Assembly: GCA_049325535.1 (NCBI GenBank)
Contig: JBMOKY010000001.1
Span: forward strand, 941,942 to 1,005,941
Length of the DNA: 64,000 nucleotides
Reading direction: 5' to 3'
DNA from: Patescibacteria group bacterium
GTDB lineage: Bacteria; Patescibacteriota; Patescibacteriia; UBA10025; JAHIVO01
In this document: one piece after another, positions 61,483 to 64,000 of the stretch
Numbering within the stretch: the first letter of the stretch is position 1
How the letters are laid out: the number at the start of each line of letters is the position of its first letter
The notes under the pieces: generated by a model
Told to the model about the DNA's origin: nothing
Seen by the model: the letters and a program-made list of their open reading frames with translations, nothing else
Databases searched by the model: none
Made by a program: the position numbers and the translations under genes

Positions 61483-62205
61483 ATGCTCCACCGATTCTAC
61501 CAGTCACAACTCAATCCGCGTGACAACCGCCTCACTATCACTGATCCCGCGGTCATAAAACAGGTAATTCATGTGCTGCGTCTGAAAGTCGGCGAAACGT
61601 TTGTGGTATTTACCCCACAGGTAGAATATACCGTCAGCATTGACCATACCGCTGACGACGCCATCCAGCTTCGGATCATAAAAATTGAACCAGCCAGCCG
61701 ATTACCGCTGCGCCGGCTGGTACTGTACCCGGCTCTTTTGAAAAAGGATAATTTCGAACTCATTCTCCAGAAATGTACCGAACTGGGGGTGGAAGAATTT
61801 GTCCCCCTCATCACCGAGCGTACCATTGTCCGGGAAATGTCCAGGCATAAACAGGAGCGATACCGCAAAATACTGACAGAAGCCACTGAGCAGTGCGGGG
61901 GTACTGCCACGCCAGTGCTTGGTCAGCCGATAACTCTGTCGGCGTTAGCCCAAACCCTTGCCGCCATGCCCGGTACGGCCATGGCGGCTTATGAATCAGA
62001 AACACGGCAACCGCTCTACCATGCACTGACCCGCGCGACTGATCCCATACGTCTGATTATCGGACCGGAGGGTGGTTTTACGCCTGATGAAATGACACTG
62101 CTCCAGCATGCCGGCGTCAGTACGGTGCATCTGGGTCCCCGCATCCTCCGCGCGGAAACTGCGGCTATCGCCGCTACCAGCATTATTATGTTGAGCTCGC
62201 GGTAA
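61483..62205 (+). CDS. rsmE: 16S rRNA (uracil1498-N3)-methyltransferase RsmE
   Basis: 240 aa with a PUA-like N-terminus and a SPOUT domain (…RLIIGPEGGFTPDE…). Confidence 0.9.
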   Translation: MLHRFYQSQLNPRDNRLTITDPAVIKQVIHVLRLKVGETFVVFTPQVEYTVSIDHTADDAIQLRIIKIEPASRLPLRRLVLYPALLKKDNFELILQKCTELGVEEFVPLITERTIVREMSRHKQERYRKILTEATEQCGGTATPVLGQPITLSALAQTLAAMPGTAMAAYESETRQPLYHALTRATDPIRLIIGPEGGFTPDEMTLLQHAGVSTVHLGPRILRAETAAIAATSIIMLSSR

Positions 62206-62245
62206 TTGTTTGATATAATAATACAAAGCTTTAATTTCGTTTCGT

Positions 62246-63022
62246 ATGTTTGAAAACGTCAATCGCCCACCACAAACGAACCAGCCTACCGCACCACAAG
62301 GTCAACAGAAGGATTGGGGTCCCTGGAAACCGGTCAATCAGAATAGCCGCGGTGCGAACCGTCCGGCAGGTCCGCTCCCCCCGCCGCCACTGGGCCAAAC
62401 CGTTCCTCCGCCCACTGCCCGACCAGCCGTAGTGCCTCCGCCGCCACAGACGCCACCGGGCATGCCTCCAACTATGAATGTACCCGGTATGCCACCAGTC
62501 GGCGCTGCCGCCCCCCAGCCCCCGCGACGTAAATTCGCCATGATTGGCATCCTCATTTTAGTGATTGTCATCGTTATCATCGGCGGCGTGGTGCTGGCGC
62601 TCAACTATTTCAGCCAAACGGATGAAACGAATACGAACTCAAACGCCGAAACCAATCAGAATGAAACCCTGAACACAAACACCACGACCAATGTCAACGC
62701 AGCTACTAATGTAAATACAAGCCTGAACACAAATGGGACTGCCAATACCAATGCATCAACAAATGCCCCGGTGAATACCAATGCTACCAACACAAACGCG
62801 GTAACGAATGGCAATACCAACCAGAACCAAAACATCAATACCACAAACTCAGTAAATGCGTCACAGCTCGACACGGATAATGACGGCCTGACCGATGAAC
62901 AGGAAAGGAAATGGGGTACCGATGTGCTCAATCCTGACACCGATGGTGACGGCTACCTGGACGGCGTGGAAGTCGAAAACGGCTTCAACCCAAACGGCCT
63001 CGGAGCCATCAACCAAGGATAA
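62246..63022 (+). CDS. single-pass surface protein: Pro-rich cytoplasmic N-terminus, TM, Asn/Thr-rich spacer, C-terminal thrombospondin-type-3-like Ca-binding repeats
   Basis: PPPPLGQTVPPP… then TM IGILILVIVIVIIGGVVLAL, then TNxNTN low complexity, then DTDNDGLTDEQE…NPDTDGDGYLDGVEVENGFNP. Confidence 0.6.
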   Translation: MFENVNRPPQTNQPTAPQGQQKDWGPWKPVNQNSRGANRPAGPLPPPPLGQTVPPPTARPAVVPPPPQTPPGMPPTMNVPGMPPVGAAAPQPPRRKFAMIGILILVIVIVIIGGVVLALNYFSQTDETNTNSNAETNQNETLNTNTTTNVNAATNVNTSLNTNGTANTNASTNAPVNTNATNTNAVTNGNTNQNQNINTTNSVNASQLDTDNDGLTDEQERKWGTDVLNPDTDGDGYLDGVEVENGFNPNGLGAINQG

Positions 63023-63047
63023 ACAATATCAAAAAACCGGAGACGCA

Positions 63048-63575
63048 TCACGAGCTCCGGTTTTTAATTTTCCATATATCCTCAATCGCCCGCCGAATCC
63101 AGGGAAATGCTAACCGACTAGCGGGGACGCGGTTCAGGGCAAACCACCGATAGCCCGCCACATCATCCGCCGGTGCCAATCGCCCGCCGGCAATTTCGGC
63201 GAGGTATATGACATTCAGAGTCGCGGCGGTATACCGCTGACGGTATGAATCCATATACACCCCCAACAGACGCAGTCGTTTCAGTCGGACGCCCAATTCT
63301 TCCCGCAGCTCCCGTCGCACGCCCGCCTCAGGCGTTTCCCATTCCTCGAGAAACCCGCCCGGCGCGTCCCAGCAGCCCTTCTGCGGATTGATCGCCCGCC
63401 GCACGAGTAATATCTCCCCGCGGGAATTTATAGGAATTGCCGACGCGGTTGGTTTGGCATTTTGATAAAAAACAAAACCACAGACGATACAAGTCGGGTG
63501 CGGGTGCCTGACGCCCGCCAACTGAGTGCGACCGCCGCAGACTGGACAAAATTTAAAAAATGAGGTGCTGCGCAT
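63048..63575 (-). CDS. NUDIX hydrolase with N-terminal zinc ribbon (NudC-like)
   Basis: CPVCGG…CIVCG zinc ribbon and a complete Nudix box GGFLEEWETPEAGVRRELREELGV. Confidence 0.8.
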   Translation of the reverse strand: MRSTSFFKFCPVCGGRTQLAGVRHPHPTCIVCGFVFYQNAKPTASAIPINSRGEILLVRRAINPQKGCWDAPGGFLEEWETPEAGVRRELREELGVRLKRLRLLGVYMDSYRQRYTAATLNVIYLAEIAGGRLAPADDVAGYRWFALNRVPASRLAFPWIRRAIEDIWKIKNRSS

Positions 63576-63577
63576 CT

Positions 63578-64000
63578 CTAGAGGATACCGATGGCAAATG
63601 CTCCCCACCAACCAACGACGGAAATAACGCCGCTGATCATGAATGTCCGCCGCACATCTGGCGGCAAAGCGGTCATCAGTTGGCTGTCGTTGAGCATCAT
63701 CAATTTCGGCCGACCAATCCGATTAATCATCACCCCATCGATGACCAGCATAGCCACCAGGCCTAATTTGACGAAAAAAATGTCCGGTCGGGGATTGGGA
63801 AGGATAATCCAAAATATGATCCCGCTCAGTATGGCAATCACCAATCCTACCCAGATCACGCGTGAACCGAATCCCATGTAGTTTTTGAGCTGACCCCAGG
63901 TCAATCCACGCCGGATAAATTGCAGATGCATAAAAACCGCCGCGCCCATACCGACCACGACTCCGCCGATGTGGAAAAACTTTACGACGTCAATCCAGTC
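63578..64000 (-). CDS. hypothetical membrane protein (5' end beyond window)
   Basis: The frame stays open to the window edge, with ~4 TM and no motif recognised. Confidence 0.45.
   Translation of the reverse strand, partial: DWIDVVKFFHIGGVVVGMGAAVFMHLQFIRRGLTWGQLKNYMGFGSRVIWVGLVIAILSGIIFWIILPNPRPDIFFVKLGLVAMLVIDGVMINRIGRPKLMMLNDSQLMTALPPDVRRTFMISGVISVVGWWGAFAIGIL

Overview
The window is gene-dense and mostly housekeeping and cell-envelope genes, with GC-rich coding sequence and AT-rich intergenic spacers. No CRISPR array, integrase or transposase was seen. From the 5' end the minus strand carries an operon headed by a Fur-family regulator followed by sufC, sufB and a truncated sufD, then a roughly 504-aa DeoA-family nucleoside phosphorylase of the archaeal AMP-phosphorylase type, and corA. 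The next block holds a small protein with a DUF1858 domain, a divergent Zur-like regulator with a ZIP zinc transporter, a YibE/F-like membrane protein, a DrrAB-like ABC exporter, an MsbA-like exporter, and a single-gene hypothetical unit with a consensus promoter and its own terminator. After that come a DUF378 membrane protein, a MerR-type regulator with a B12-binding-like domain, and a secreted protein with FG-GAP repeats that appears split by a frameshift. A minus-strand redox and metal island spans 17.1-25.9 kb: a cupredoxin-like protein, a membrane protein with an intramembrane CxxC, a DsbA-like thioredoxin, an AT-rich tRNA-Asn, DedA, a thioredoxin-CcdA fusion, a DUF134-DUF5320 pair, a COG0701 permease with redox-active disulfide protein 2 and ArsR, CsaA, a DUF457 hydrolase, and a rubrerythrin-VIT1 fusion. 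Next are a second tRNA-Asn, rpoD-dnaG, tRNA-Ser, PEP synthase, several hypothetical proteins, groES-groEL, an O-antigen ligase with a LicD-like neighbour, a small Rieske protein, an alpha/beta hydrolase and uvrA. The remainder carries a PadR regulator with its membrane partner, uvrC, secG, an orphan family-5 substrate-binding protein, tRNA-Leu, RNase J, trpS, the efp-rpsR-ssb-rpsF block, a THUMP methyltransferase, ychF, rsmE, a surface protein with TSP3 repeats, and a NUDIX hydrolase. Many promoters sit so close to start codons that the transcripts look leaderless. The orphan substrate-binding protein, the AMP-phosphorylase-type enzyme, the many small membrane proteins and the leaderless starts fit a streamlined, possibly Patescibacteria-like genome; that is inference only. 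The most interesting candidates are listed first in the findings: a DsbA operon with a non-canonical CxxC membrane partner and a cysteine-free His-rich cupredoxin-like protein, two divergent tRNA-Asn genes, two perfect palindromic operators heading the redox operons, and a 475-bp ORF-free convergent spacer with a GC-rich structured core.
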